Below are positions 11,701 through 26,700 of a DNA stretch of 64,000 bases, one piece after another (position 1 is the first letter of the stretch; each line of letters starts with the position of its first letter). Both the position numbers and the translations under genes were made by a program. Source of the DNA: Yuukianura sp. NJ FZ-2021 (lineage: Eukaryota); the NCBI GenBank assembly GCA_046563655.1, contig JAJCTO010000009.1, forward strand, positions 62,001-126,000. Direction: 5' to 3'. The notes under the pieces were generated by a model. That model was not told the DNA's origin. It made no database searches and was given only the letters and a program-made list of their open reading frames with translations.

Positions 11701-14700
11701 TGGTATGAGCGGTAACAAGGCATAAGTTCCATTTTTCACAACGTTTGACACCTTGTTGTATAGTTTCAACCCTAAGTTAAACCTAAATCGTAGTTAGACT
11801 TATGCACTTGTGGTATGGTGGAGCTGGGCTAAAATACAATTTCGGACTATTGTTGGGCAGAAGTTTTCAGACATGATCTATTTAATGTGCAAGTTGGTAG
11901 GCAATATAAAAAAGTATTTTCCAAAAATTGTATCCAGAAATGGCCAAAAATGCTGAATGTTCAATTTTTGATTTAGAAAATGTAAGGGTCGGTTTTTCCC
12001 AGAAGTTCCATCGACGTGTGAGTTATCATGATTTATGATGTCAAAGTGAAAACTCATGGGTTGCATCTGAAATGAAGGCATGCTTGACACTTCACCGGCA
12101 CTTCTAGTTTGAGCTCAAGGATGGACGCTGACAACATGTTTTTCAACGTGTGATTTAGTCAGTTATGCAGTACGACGAAGTGGACCGTTATTTGATGAAT
12201 ACCAAGAATTTTGGTATGAGCGGTAACAAGGCATAAATTCCATTTTTCAGAACGTTTGACACCTTGTTGTATAGTTTCAACCCTAAGTTAAACCTAAATC
12301 GTAGTTAGACTTATGCACATGTGGTATGGTGGAGCTGTGCTAAAATACAATTTCGGACTATTGTTAGGCAGAAGTTTTCAGACATGATCTATTTAATGTG
12401 CAAGTCGGTAGAAAATATTAAAAAGTATTTTCCAAAAATTTTATCCAAAAATGGCCAAAAATGCTGAATGTTCAATTTTGATTTAGAAAATGTAATAGTC
12501 GGTTTTTCCCTGAAGTTCCATCGACGTGTGAGTTATCATGATTTATGATGTCAAAGTGAAAACTCATGGGTTGCATCTGAAATGAAGGCATGCTTGACAC
12601 TTCACCGGCACTTCTAGTTTGAGCTCAAGGATGGACGCTGACAACATGTTTTTCAACGTGTGATTTAGTCAGTTATGCAGTACGACGAAGTGGACCGTTA
12701 TTTGATGAATACCAAGAATTTTGGTATGAGCGGTAACAAGGCATAAATTTCATTTTTCAGAACGTTTAACACCTTGTTGTATAGTTTCAACCCTAAGTTA
12801 AACCTAAATCGTAGTTAGACTTATGCACATGTGGTATGGTGGAGCTGTGCTAAAATACAATTTCGGACTATTGTTGGGCAGAAGTTTTCAGACATGATCT
12901 ATTTAATGTGCAAGTCGGTAGAAAATATTAAAAAGTATTTTCCAAAAATTTTATCCAAAAATGCTGAATGTTCAATTTTGATTTAGAAAATGTAATAGTC
13001 GGTTTTTCCCTGAAGTTCGATTGAAGTGTGAGTTGTCATGATTCATGGTGTCAAAATGAGAACTCATCGTTTGCAGCTAAAGTGAAGGCATGCTTGACAC
13101 TTTACCGGCACTTCTAGTTTAAGCTCAAGGATGGACGCTGACAACATGTTTTTCAACGTGTGATTTAGTCAGTTATGCAGTACGACGAAGTGGACCGTTA
13201 TTTGATGAATACCAAGAATTTTGGTATGAGCGGTAACAAGGCATAAATTCCATTTTTCAGAACGTTTGACACCTTGTTGTATAGTTTCAACCCTAAGTTA
13301 AACCTAAATCGTAGTTAGACTTATGCACATGTGGTATGGTGGAGCTGTGCTAAAATACAATTTCGGACTATTGTTAGGCAGAAGTTTTCAGACATGATCT
13401 ATTTAATGTGCAAGTCGGTAGAAAATATTAAAAAGTATTTTCCAAAAATTTTATCCAAAAATGGCCAAAAATGCTGAATGTTCAATTTTGATTTAGAAAA
13501 TGTAATAGTCGGTTTTTCCCTGAAGTTCCATCGACGTGTGAGTTATCATGATTTATGATGTCAAAGTGAAAACTCATGGGTTGCATCTGAAATGAAGGCA
13601 TGCTTGACACTTCACCGGCACTTCTAGTTTGAGCTCAAGGATGGACGCTGACAACATGTTTTTCAACGTGTGATTTAGTCAGTTATGCAGTACGACGAAG
13701 TGGACCGTTATTTGATGAATACCAAGAATTTTGGTATGAGCGGTAACAAGGCATAAATTTCCATTTTTCAGAACGTTTAACACCTTGTTGTATAGTTTCA
13801 ACCCTAAGTTAAACCTAAATCGTAGTTAGACTTATGCACATGTGGTATGGTGGAGCTGTGCTAAAATACAATTTCGGACTATTGTTGGGCAGAAGTTTTC
13901 AGACATGATCTATTTAATGTGCAAGTCGGTAGAAAATATTAAAAAGTATTTTCCAAAAATTTTATCCAAAAATGGCCAAAAATGCTGAATGTTCAATTTT
14001 GATTTAGAAAATGTAATAGTCGGTTTTTCCCTGAAGTTCGATTGAAGTGTGAGTTGTCATGATTCATGGTGTCAAAATGAGAACTCATCGTTTGCATCTA
14101 AAGTGAAGGCATGCTTGACACTTTACCGGCACTTCTAGTTTAAGCTCAAGGATGGACGCTGACAACATGTTTTTCAACGTGTGATTTAGTCAGTTATGCA
14201 TTACGACGAAGTGGACCGTTATTTGATGAATACCAAGAATTTTGGTATGAGCGGTAACAAGGCATAAGTTCCATTTTTCACAACGTTTGACACCTTGTTG
14301 TATAGTTTCAACCCTAAGTTAAACCTAAATCGTAGTTAGACTTATGCACTTGTGGTATGGTGGAGCTGGGCTAAAATACAATTTCGGACTATTGTTGGGC
14401 AGAAGTTTTCAGACATGATCTATTTAATGTGCAAGTTGGTAGGCAATATAAAAAAGTATTTTCCAAAAATTGTATCCAGAAATGGCCAAAAATGCTGAAT
14501 GTTCAATTTTGATTTAGAAAATGTAAGGGTCGGTTTTTCCCAGAAGTTCCATCGACGTGTGAGTTATCATGATTTATGATGTCAAAGTGAAAACTCATGG
14601 GTTGCATCTGAAATGAAGGCATGCTTGACACTTCACCGGCACTTCTAGTTTGAGCTCAAGGATGGACGCTGACAACATGTTTTTCAACGTGTGATTTAGT

Positions 14701-17700
14701 CAGTTATGCAGTACGACGAAGTGGACCGTTATTTGATGAATACCAAGAATTTTGGTATGAGCGGTAACAAGGCATAAATTCCATTTTTCAGAACGTTTGA
14801 CACCTTGTTGTATAGTTTCAACCCTAAGTTAAACCTAAATCGTAGTTAGACTTATGCACATGTGGTATGGTGGAGCTGTGCTAAAATACAATTTCGGACT
14901 ATTGTTAGGCAGAAGTTTTCAGACATGATCTATTTAATGTGCAAGTCGGTAGAAAATATTAAAAAGTATTTTCCAAAAATTTTATCCAAAAATGGCCAAA
15001 AATGCTGAATGTTCAATTTTGATTTAGAAAATGTAATAGTCGGTTTTTCCCTGAAGTTCCATCGACGTGTGAGTTATCATGATTTATGATGTCAAAGTGA
15101 AAACTCATGGGTTGCATCTGAAATGAAGGCATGCTTGACACTTCACCGGCACTTCTAGTTTGAGCTCAAGGATGGACGCTGACAACATGTTTTTCAACGT
15201 GTGATTTAGTCAGTTATGCAGTACGACGAAGTGGACCGTTATTTGATGAATACCAAGAATTTTGGTATGAGCGGTAACAAGGCATAAATTTCATTTTTCA
15301 GAACGTTTAACACCTTGTTGTATAGTTTCAACCCTAAGTTAAACCTAAATCGTAGTTAGACTTATGCACATGTGGTATGGTGGAGCTGTGCTAAAATACA
15401 ATTTCGGACTATTGTTGGGCAGAAGTTTTCAGACATGATCTATTTAATGTGCAAGTCGGTAGAAAATATTAAAAAGTATTTTCCAAAAATTTTATCCAAA
15501 AATGGCCAAAAATGCTGAATGTTCAATTTTGATTTAGAAAATGTAATAGTCGGTTTTTCCCTGAAGTTCGATTGAAGTGTGAGTTGTCATGATTCATGGT
15601 GTCAAAATGAGAACTCATCGTTTGCATCTAAAGTGAAGGCATGCTTGACACTTTACCGGCACTTCTAGTTTAAGCTCAAGGATGGACGCTGACAACATGT
15701 TTTTCAACGTGTGATTTAGTCAGTTATGCATTACGACGAAGTGGACCGTTATTTGATGAATACCAAGAATTTTGGTATGAGCGGTAACAAGGCATAAGTT
15801 CCATTTTTCACAACGTTTGACACCTTGTTGTATAGTTTCAACCCTAAGTTAAACCTAAATCGTAGTTAGACTTATGCACTTGTGGTATGGTGGAGCTGGG
15901 CTAAAATACAATTTCGGACTATTGTTGGGCAGAAGTTTTCAGACATGATCTATTTAATGTGCAAGTTGGTAGGAAATATAAAAAAGTATTTTCCAAAAAT
16001 TTTATCCAAAAATGGCCAAAAATGCTGAATGCTCAATTTTGATTTAGAAAATGTAATAGTCGGTTTTTCCCGGAAGTTCGATTGAAGTGTGAGTTGTCAT
16101 GATTCATGGTGTCAAAATGAGAACTCATCGTTTGCATCTAAAGTGAAGGCATGCTTGACACTTCACCGGCACTTCTAGTTTGAGCTCAAGGATGGACGCT
16201 GACAACATGTTTTTCAACGTGTGATTTAGTCAGTTATGCAGTACGACGAAGTGGACCGTTATTTGATGAATACCAAGAATTTTGGTATGAGCGGTAACAA
16301 GGCATAAATTTCATTTTTCAGAACGTTTAACACCTTGTTGTATAGTTTCAACCCTAAGTTTAACCTAAATCGTAGTTAGACTTATGCACATGTGGTATGG
16401 TGGAGCTGGGCTAAAATACAATTTCGGACTATTGTTGGGCAGAAGTTTTCAGACATGATCTATTTAATGTGCAAGTCGGTAGAAAATATTAAAAAGTATT
16501 TTCCAAAAATTTTATCCAAAAATGGCCAAAAATGCTGAATGTTCAATTTTGATTTAGAAAATGTAATAGTCGGTTTTTCCCTGAAGTTCGATTGAAGTGT
16601 GAGTTGTCATGATTCATGGTGTCAAAATGAGAACTCATCGTTTGCATCTAAAGTGAAGGCATGCTTGACACTTTACCGGCACTTCTAGTTTAAGCTCAAG
16701 GATGGAGGCTGACAACATGTTTTTCAACGTGTGATTTAGTCAGTTATGCACTACGACGAAGTGGACCGTTATTTGATGAATACCAAGAATTTTGGTATAA
16801 GCGGTAAAAAGGCATAAGTTCCATTTTTCACAACGTTTAACACCTTGTTGTATAGTTTCAACCCTAAGCTTAACCTAAATCGTAGTTAGACTTATGCACT
16901 TGTGGTATGGTGGAGCTGGGCTAAAATACAATTTCGGACTATTGTTGGGCAGAAGTTTTCAGACATGATCTATTTAATGTGCAAGTTGGTAAGCAATATA
17001 AAAAAGTATTTTCCAAAAATTGTATCCAGAAATGGCCAAAAATGCTGAATGTTCAATTTTGATTTAGAAAATGTAAGGGTCGGTTTTCCCCAGAAGTTCC
17101 ATCGACGTGAGAGTTATCATGATTTATGATGTCAAAGTGAAAACTCATGGGTTGCATCTGAAATGAAGGCATGCTTGACACTTTACCGGCACTTCTAGTT
17201 TAAGCTCAAGGATGGACGCTGACAACATGTTTTTCAACGTGTGATTTAGTCAGTTATGCATTACGACGAAGTGGACCGTTATTTGATGAATACCAAGAAT
17301 TTTGGTATGAGCGGTAACAAGGCATAAGTTCCATTTTTCACAACGTTTGACACCTTGTTGTATAGTTTCAACCCTAAGTTAAACCTAAATCGTAGTTAGA
17401 CTTATGCACTTGTGGTATGGTGGAGCTGGGCTAAAATACAATTTCGGACTATTGTTGGGCAGAAGTTTTCAGACATGATCTATTTAATGTGCAAGTTGGT
17501 AGGAAATATAAAAAAGTATTTTCCAAAAATTTTATCCAAAAATGGCCAAAAATGCTGAATGCTCAATTTTGATTTAGAAAATGTAATAGTCGGTTTTTCC
17601 CGGAAGTTCGATTGAAGTGTGAGTTGTCATGATTCATGGTGTCAAAATGAGAACTCATCGTTTGCATCTAAAGTGAAGGCATGCTTGACACTTCACCGGC

Positions 17701-20700
17701 ACTTCTAGTTTGAGCTCAAGGATGGACGCTGACAACATGTTTTTCAACGTGTGATTTAGTCAGTTATGCAGTACGACGAAGTGGACCGTTATTTGATGAA
17801 TACCAAGAATTTTGGTATGAGCGGTAACAAGGCATAAATTTCCATTTTTCAGAACGTTTAACACCTTGTTGTATAGTTTCAACCCTAAGTTTAACCTAAA
17901 TCGTAGTTAGACTTATGCACATGTGGTATGGTGGAGCTGGGCTAAAATACAATTTCGGACTATTGTTGGGCAGAAGTTTTCAGACATGATCTATTTAATG
18001 TGCAAGTCGGTAGAAAATATTAAAAAGTATTTTCCAAAAATTTTATCCAAAAATGGCCAAAAATGCTGAATGTTCAATTTTGATTTAGAAAATGTAATAG
18101 TCGGTTTTTCCCTGAAGTTCGATTGAAGTGTGAGTTGTCATGATTCATGGTGTCAAAATGAGAACTCATCGTTTGCATCTAAAGTGAAGGCATGCTTGAC
18201 ACTTTACCGGCACTTCTAGTTTAAGCTCAAGGATGGAGGCTGACAACATGTTTTTCAACGTGTGATTTAGTCAGTTATGCACTACGACGAAGTGGACCGT
18301 TATTTGATGAATACCAAGAATTTTGGTATAAGCGGTAAAAAGGCATAAGTTCCATTTTTCACAACGTTTAACACCTTGTTGTATAGTTTCAACCCTAAGC
18401 TTAACCTAAATCGTAGTTAGACTTATGCACATGTGGTATGGTGGAGCTGTGCTAAAATACAATTTCGGACTATTGTTAGGCAGAAGTTTTCAGACATGAT
18501 CTATTTAATGTGCAAGTCGGTAGAAAATATTAAAAAGTATTTTCCAAAAATTTTATCCAAAAATGGCCAAAAATGCTGAATGCTCAATTTTGATTTAGAA
18601 AATGTAATAGTCGGTTTTTCCCGGAAGTTCGATTGAAGTGTGAGTTGTCATGATTCATGGTGTCAAAATGAGAACTCATCGTTTGCATCTAAAGTGAAGG
18701 CATGCTTGACACTTCACCGGCACTTCTAGTTTGAGCTCAAGGATGGACGCTGACAACATGTTTTTCAACGTGTGATTTAGTCAGTTATGCATTACGACGA
18801 AGTGGACCGTTATTTGATGAATACCAAGAATTTTGGTATGAGCGGTAACAAGGCATAAGTTCCATTTTTCACAACGTTTAACACCTTGTTGTATAGTTTC
18901 AACCCTAAGTTAAACCTAAATCGTAGTTAGACTTATGCACTTGCGATATGGTGGAGTGTGGGCTAAAATACAATTTCGGACTATTGTTGGGCAGAAGTTT
19001 TCAGACATGATCTATTTAATGTGCAAGTTGGTAGGAAATATAAAAAAGTATTTTCCAAAAATTGTATCCAGAAATGGCCAAAAATGCTGAATGTTCATTT
19101 TTGATTTAGAAAATGTAAGGGTCGGTTTTCCCCAGAAGTTCCATCGACGTGAGAGTTATCATGATTTATGATGTCAAAGTGAAAACTCATGGGTTGCATC
19201 TGAAATGAAGGCATGCTTGACACTTCACCGGCACTTCTAGTTTGAGCTCAAGGATGGACGCTGACAACATGTTTTTCAACGTGTGATTTAGTCAGTTATG
19301 CAGTACGACGAAGTGGACCGTTATTTGATGAATACCAAGAATTTTGGTATGAGCGGTAACAAGGCATAAATTCCATTTTTCAGAACGTTTGACACCTTGT
19401 TGTATAGTTTCAACCCTAAGTTAAACCTAAATCGTAGTTAGACTTATGCACATGTGGTATGGTGGAGCTGTGCTAAAATACAATTTCGGACTATTGTTAG
19501 GCAGAAGTTTTCAGACATGATCTATTTAATGTGCAAGTCGGTAGAAAATATTAAAAAGTATTTTCCAAAAATTTTATCCAAAAATGGCCAAAAATGCTGA
19601 ATGTTCAATTTTGATTTAGAAAATGTAATAGTCGGTTTTTCCCTGAAGTTCCATCGACGTGTGAGTTATCATGATTTATGATGTCAAAGTGAAAACTCAT
19701 GGGTTGCATCTGAAATGAAGGCATGCTTGACACTTCACCGGCACTTCTAGTTTGAGCTCAAGGATGGACGCTGACAACATGTTTTTCAACGTGTGATTTA
19801 GTCAGTTATGCAGTACGACGAAGTGGACCGTTATTTGATGAATACCAAGAATTTTGGTATGAGCGGTAACAAGGCATAAATTTCATTTTTCAGAACGTTT
19901 AACACCTTGTTGTATAGTTTCAACCCTAAGTTAAACCTAAATCGTAGTTAGACTTATGCACATGTGGTATGGTGGAGCTGTGCTAAAATACAATTTCGGA
20001 CTATTGTTAGGCAGAAGTTTTCAGACATGATCTATTTAATGTGCAAGTCGGTAGAAAATATTAAAAAGTATTTTCCAAAAATTTTATCCAAAAATGGCCA
20101 AAAATGCTGAATGTTCAATTTTGATTTAGAAAATGTAATAGTCGGTTTTTCCCTGAAGTTCCATCGACGTGTGAGTTATCATGATTTATGATGTCAAAGT
20201 GAAAACTCATGGGTTGCATCTGAAATGAAGGCATGCTTGACACTTCACCGGCACTTCTAGTTTGAGCTCAAGGATGGACGCTGACAACATGTTTTTCAAC
20301 GTGTGATTTAGTCAGTTATGCAGTACGACGAAGTGGACCGTTATTTGATGAATACCAAGAATTTTGGTATGAGCGGTAACAAGGCATAAATTTCATTTTT
20401 CAGAACGTTTAACACCTTGTTGTATAGTTTCAACCCTAAGTTAAACCTAAATCGTAGTTAGACTTATGCACATGTGGTATGGTGGAGCTGTGCTAAAATA
20501 CAATTTCGGACTATTGTTGGGCAGAAGTTTTCAGACATGATCTATTTAATGTGCAAGTCGGTAGAAAATATTAAAAAGTATTTTCCAAAAATTTTATCCA
20601 AAAATGGCCAAAAATGCTGAATGCTCAATTTTGATTTAGAAAATGTAATAGTCGGTTTTTCCCTGAAGTTCGATTGAAGTGTGAGTTGTCATGATTCATG

Positions 20701-23700
20701 GTGTCAAAATGAGAACTCATCGTTTACATCTAAAGTGAAGGCATGCTTGACACTTTACCGGCACTTCTAGTTTAAGCTCAAGGATGGACGCTGACAACAT
20801 GTTTTTCAACGTGTGATTTAGTCAGTTATGCATTACGACGAAGTGGACCGTTATTTGATGAATACCAAGAATTTTGGTATGAGCGGTAACAAGGCATAAG
20901 TTCCATTTTTCACAACGTTTGACACCTTGTTGTATAGTTTCAACCCTAAGTTAAACCTAAATCGTAGTTAGACTTATGCACTTGTGGTATGGTGGAGCTG
21001 GGCTAAAATACAATTTCGGACTATTGTTGGGCAGAAGTTTTCAGACATGATCTATTTAATGTGCAAGTTGGTAGGAAATATAAAAAAGTATTTTCCAAAA
21101 ATTGTATCCAGAAATGGCCAAAAATGCTGAATGTTCATTTTTGATTTAGAAAATGTAAGGGTCGGTTTTTCCCAGAAGTTCCATCGACGTGTAAGTTATC
21201 ACGATTTATGATGTCAAAGTGAAAACTCATGGGTTGCATCTGAAGTGAAGGCATGCTTGACACTTTACCGGCACTTCTAGTTTAAGCTCAAGGATGGACG
21301 CTGACAACATGTTTTTCAACGTGTGATTTAGTCAGTTATTCAGTACGACGAAGTGGACCGTTATTTGATGAATACCAAGAATTTTGGTATGAGCGGTAAC
21401 AAGGCATAAATTTCCATTTTTCAGAACGTTTAACACCTTGTTGTATAGTTTCAACCCTAAGTTAAACCTAAATCGTAGTTAGACTTATGCACATGTGGTA
21501 TGGTGGAGCTGTGCTAAAATACAATTTCGGACTATTGTTGGGCAGAAGTTTTCAGACATGATCTATTTAATGTGCAAGTCGGTAGAAAATATTAAAAAGT
21601 ATTTTCCAAAAATTTTATCCAAAAATGGCCAAAAATGCTGAATGTTCAATTTTGATTTAGAAAATGTAATAGTCGGTTTTTCCCTGAAGTTCGATTGAAG
21701 TGTGAGTTGTAATGATTCATGGTGTCAAAATGAGAACTCATCGTTTGCATCTAAAGTGAAGGCATGCTTGACACTTTACCGGCACTTCTAGTTTAAGCTC
21801 AAGGATGGACGCTGACAACATGTTTTTCAACGTGTGATTTAGTCAGTTATGCATTACGACGAAGTGGACCGTTATTTGATGAATACCAAGAATTTTGGTA
21901 TGAGCGGTAACAAGGCATAAGTTCCATTTTTCACAACGTTTGACACCTTGTTGTATAGTTTCAACCCTAAGTTAAACCTAAATCGTAGTTAGACTTATGC
22001 ACTTGTGGTATGGTGGAGCTGGGCTAAAATACAATTTCGGACTATTGTTGGGCAGAAGTTTTCAGACATGATCTATTTAATGTGCAAGTTGGTAGGAAAT
22101 ATAAAAAAGTATTTTCCAAAAATTTTATCCAAAAATGGCCAAAAATGCTGAATGCTCAATTTTGATTTAGAAAATGTAATAGTCGGTTTTTCCCGGAAGT
22201 TCGATTGAAGTGTGAGTTGTCATGATTCATGGTGTCAAAATGAGAACTCATCGTTTGCATCTAAAGTGAAGGCATGCTTGACACTTCACCGGCACTTCTA
22301 GTTTGAGCTCAAGGATGGACGCTGACAACATGTTTTTCAACGTGTGATTTAGTCAGTTATGCAGTACGACGAAGTGGACCGTTATTTGATGAATACCAAG
22401 AATTTTGGTATGAGCGGTAACAAGGCATAAATTTCATTTTTCAGAACGTTTAACACCTTGTTGTATAGTTTCAACCCTAAGTTTAACCTAAATCGTAGTT
22501 AGACTTATGCACATGTGGTATGGTGGAGCTGGGCTAAAATACAATTTCGGACTATTGTTGGGCAGAAGTTTTCAGACATGATCTATTTGATGTGCAAGTC
22601 GGTAGAAAATATTAAAAAGTATTTTCCAAAAATTTTATCCAAAAATGGCCAAAAATGCTGAATGTTCAATTTTGATTTAGAAAATGTAATAGTCGGTTTT
22701 TCCCTGAAGTTCGATTGAAGTGTGAGTTGTCATGATTCATGGTGTCAAAATGAGAACTCATCGTTTGCATCTAAAGTGAAGGCATGCTTGACACTTTACC
22801 GGCACTTCTAGTTTAAGCTCAAGGATGGAGGCTGACAACATGTTTTTCAACGTGTGATTTAGTCAGTTATGCACTACGACGAAGTGGACCGTTATTTGAT
22901 GAATACCAAGAATTTTTGTATAAGCGGTAAAAAGGCATAAGTTCCATTTTTCACAACGTTTAACACCTTGTTGTATAGTTTCAACCCTAAGCTTAACCTA
23001 AATCGTAGTTAGACTTTTGCACTTGTGGTATGGTGGAGCTGGGCTAAAATACAATTTCGGACTATTGTTGGGCAGAAGTTTTCAGACATGATCTATTTAA
23101 TGTGCAAGTTGGTAAGCAATATAAAAAAGTATTTTCCAAAAATTGTATCCAGAAATGGCCAAAAATGCTGAATGTTCATTTTTGATTTAGAAAATGTAAG
23201 GGTCGGTTTTCCCCAGAAGTTCCATCGACGTGAGAGTTATCATGATTTATGATGTCAAAGTGAAAACTCATGGGTTGCATCTGAAATGAAGGCATGCTTG
23301 ACACTTCACCGGCACTTCTAGTTTGAGCTCAAGGATGGACGCTGACAACATGTTTTTCAACGTGTGATTTAGTCAGTTATGCAGTACGACGAAGTGGACC
23401 GTTATTTGATGAATACCAAGAATTTTGGTATGAGCGGTAACAAGGCATAAATTCCATTTTTCAGAACGTTTGCCACATTGTTGTATAGTTTCAACCCTAA
23501 GTTAAACCTAAATCGTAGTTAGACTTATGCACATGTGGTATGGTGGAGCTGTGCTAAAATACAATTTCGGACTATTGTTAGGCAGAAGTTTTCAGACATG
23601 ATCTATTTAATGTGCAAGTCGGTAGAAAATATTAAAAAGTATTTTCCAAAAATTTTATCCAAAAATGGCCAAAAATGCTGAATGTTCAATTTTGATTTAG

Positions 23701-26700
23701 AAAATGTAATAGTCGGTTTTTCCCTGAAGTTCGATTGAAGTGTGAGTTGTCATGATTCATGGTGTCAAAATGAGAACTCATCGTTTGCATCTAAAGTGAA
23801 GGCATGCTTGACACTTTACCGGCACTTCTAGTTTAAGCTCAAGGATGGACGCTGACAAAATGTTTTTCAACGTGTGATTTAGTCAGTTATGCATTACGAC
23901 GAAGTGGACCGTTATTTGATGAATACCAAGAATTTTGGTATGAGCGGTAACAAGGCATAAATTCCATTTTTCACAACGTTTGACACCTTGTTGTATAGTT
24001 TCAACCCTAAGTTAAACCTAAATCGTAGTTAGACTTATGCACATGTGGTATGGTGGAGCTGTGCTAAAATACAATTTCGGACTATTGTTGGGCAGAAGTT
24101 TTCAGACATGATCTATTTAATGTGCAAGTCGGTAGAAAATATTAAAAAGTATTTTCCAAAAATTTTATCCAAAAATGGCCAAAAATGCTGAATGTTCATT
24201 TTTGATTTAGAAAATGTAAGGGTCGGTTTTTCCCAGAAGTTCGATTGAAGTGTGAGTTGTCATGATTCATGGTGTCAAAATGAGAACTCATCGTTTGCAT
24301 CTAAAGTGAAGGCATGCTTGACACTTTACCGGCACTTCTAGTTTAAGCTCAAGGATGGACGCTGACAACATGTTTTTCAACGTGTGATTTAGTCAGTTAT
24401 GCATTACGACGAAGTGGACCGTTATTTGATGAATACCAAGAATTTTGGTATGAGCGGTAACAAGGCATAAGTTCCATTTTTCACAACGTTTAACACCTTG
24501 TTGTATAGTTTCAACCCTAAGTTAAACCTAAATCGTAGTTAGACTTATGCACTTGTGGTATGGTGGAGCTGGGCTAAAATACAATTTCGGACTATTGTTG
24601 GGCAGAAGTTTTCAGACATGATCTATTTAATGTGCAAGTTGGTAGGCAATATAAAAAAGTATTTTCCAAAAATTGTATCCAGAAATGGCCAAAAATGCTG
24701 AATGTTCAATTTTGATTTAGAAAATGTAAGGGTCGGTTTTTCCCAGAAGTTCCATCGACGTGTGAGTTATCATGATTTATGATGTCAAAGTGAAAACTCA
24801 TGGGTTGCATCTGAAATGAAGGCATGCTTGACACTTCACCGGCACTTCTAGTTTGAGCTCAAGGATGGACGCTGACAACATGTTTTTCAACGTGTGATTT
24901 AGTCAGTTATGCAGTACGACGAAGTGGACCGTTATTTGATGAATACCAAGAATTTTGGTATGAGCGGTAACAAGGCATAAATTTCATTTTTCAGAACGTT
25001 TAACACCTTGTTGTATAGTTTCAACCCTAAGTTAAACCTAAATCGTAGTTAGACTTATGCACATGTGGTATGGTGGAGCTGTGCTAAAATACAATTTCGG
25101 ACTATTGTTGGGCAGAAGTTTTCAGACATGATCTATTTAATGTGCAAGTCGGTAGAAAATATTAAAAAGTATTTTCCAAAAATTTTATCCAAAAATGGCC
25201 AAAAATGCTGAATGTTCAATTTTGATTTAGAAAATGTAATAGTCGGTTTTTCCCTGAAGTTCGATTGAAGTGTGAGTTGTCATGATTCATGGTGTCAAAA
25301 TGAGAACTCATCGTTTGCATCTAAAGTGAAGGCATGCTTGACACTTTACCGGCACTTCTAGTTTAAGCTCAAGGATGGAGGCTGACAACATGTTTTTCAA
25401 CGTGTGATTTAGTCAGTTATGCACTACGACGAAGTGGACCGTTATTTGATGAATACCAAGAATTTTGGTATGAGCGGTAACAAGGCATAAATTCCATTTT
25501 TCACAACGTTTGACACCTTGTTGTATAGTTTCAACCCTAAGTTAAACCTAAATCGTAGTTAGACTTATGCACATGTGGTATGGTGGAGCTGTGCTAAAAT
25601 ACAATTTCGGACTATTGTTGGGCAGAAGTTTTCAGACATGATCTATTTAATGTGCAAGTCGGTAGAAAATATTAAAAAGTATTTTCCAAAAATTTTATCC
25701 AAAAATGGCCAAAAATGCTGAATGTTCATTTTTGATTTAGAAAATGTAAGGGTCGGTCTTTCCCAGAAGTTCGATTGAAGTGTGAGTTGTCATGATTCAT
25801 GGTGTCAAAATGAGAACTCATCGTTTGCATCTAAAGTGAAGGCATGCTTGACACTTTACCGGCACTTCTAGTTTAAGCTCAAGGATGGACGCTGACAACA
25901 TGTTTTTCAACGTGTGATTTAGTCAGTTATGCATTACGACGAAGTGGACCGTTATTTGATGAATACCAAGAATTTTGGTATGAGCGGTAACAAGGCATAA
26001 GTTCCATTTTTCACAACGTTTAACACCTTGTTGTATAGTTTCAACCCTAAGTTAAACCTAAATCGTAGTTAGACTTATGCACTTGTGGTATGGTGGAGCT
26101 GGGCTAAAATACAATTTCGGACTATTGTTGGGCAGAAGTTTTCAGACATGATCTATTTAATGTGCAAGTTGGTAGGCAATATAAAAAAGTATTTTCCAAA
26201 AATTGTATCCAGAAATGGCCAAAAATGCTGAATGTTCATTTTTGATTTAGAAAATGTAAGGGTCGGTTTTTCCCAGAAGTTCCATCGACGTGTGAGTTAT
26301 CATGATTTATGATGTCAAAGTGAAAACTCATGGGTTGCATCTGAAATGAAGGCATGCTTGACACTTCACCGGCACTTCTAGTTTGAGCTCAAGGATGGAC
26401 GCTGACAACATGTTTTTCAACGTGTGATTTAGTCAGTTATGCAGTACGACGAAGTGGACCGTTATTTGATGAATACCAAGAATTTTGGTATGAGCGGTAA
26501 CAAGGCATAAATTTCATTTTTCAGAACGTTTAACACCTTGTTGTATAGTTTCAACCCTAAGTTAAACCTAAATCGTAGTTAGACTTATGCACATGTGGTA
26601 TGGTGGAGCTGTGCTAAAATACAATTTCGGACTATTGTTGGGCAGAAGTTTTCAGACATGATCTATTTAATGTGCAAGTCGGTAGAAAATATTAAAAAGT

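Noticed and set aside
8816..12090. 70-aa minus-strand ORFs in the satellite
   Set aside because: They appear only in units with a 1-nt homopolymer insertion.
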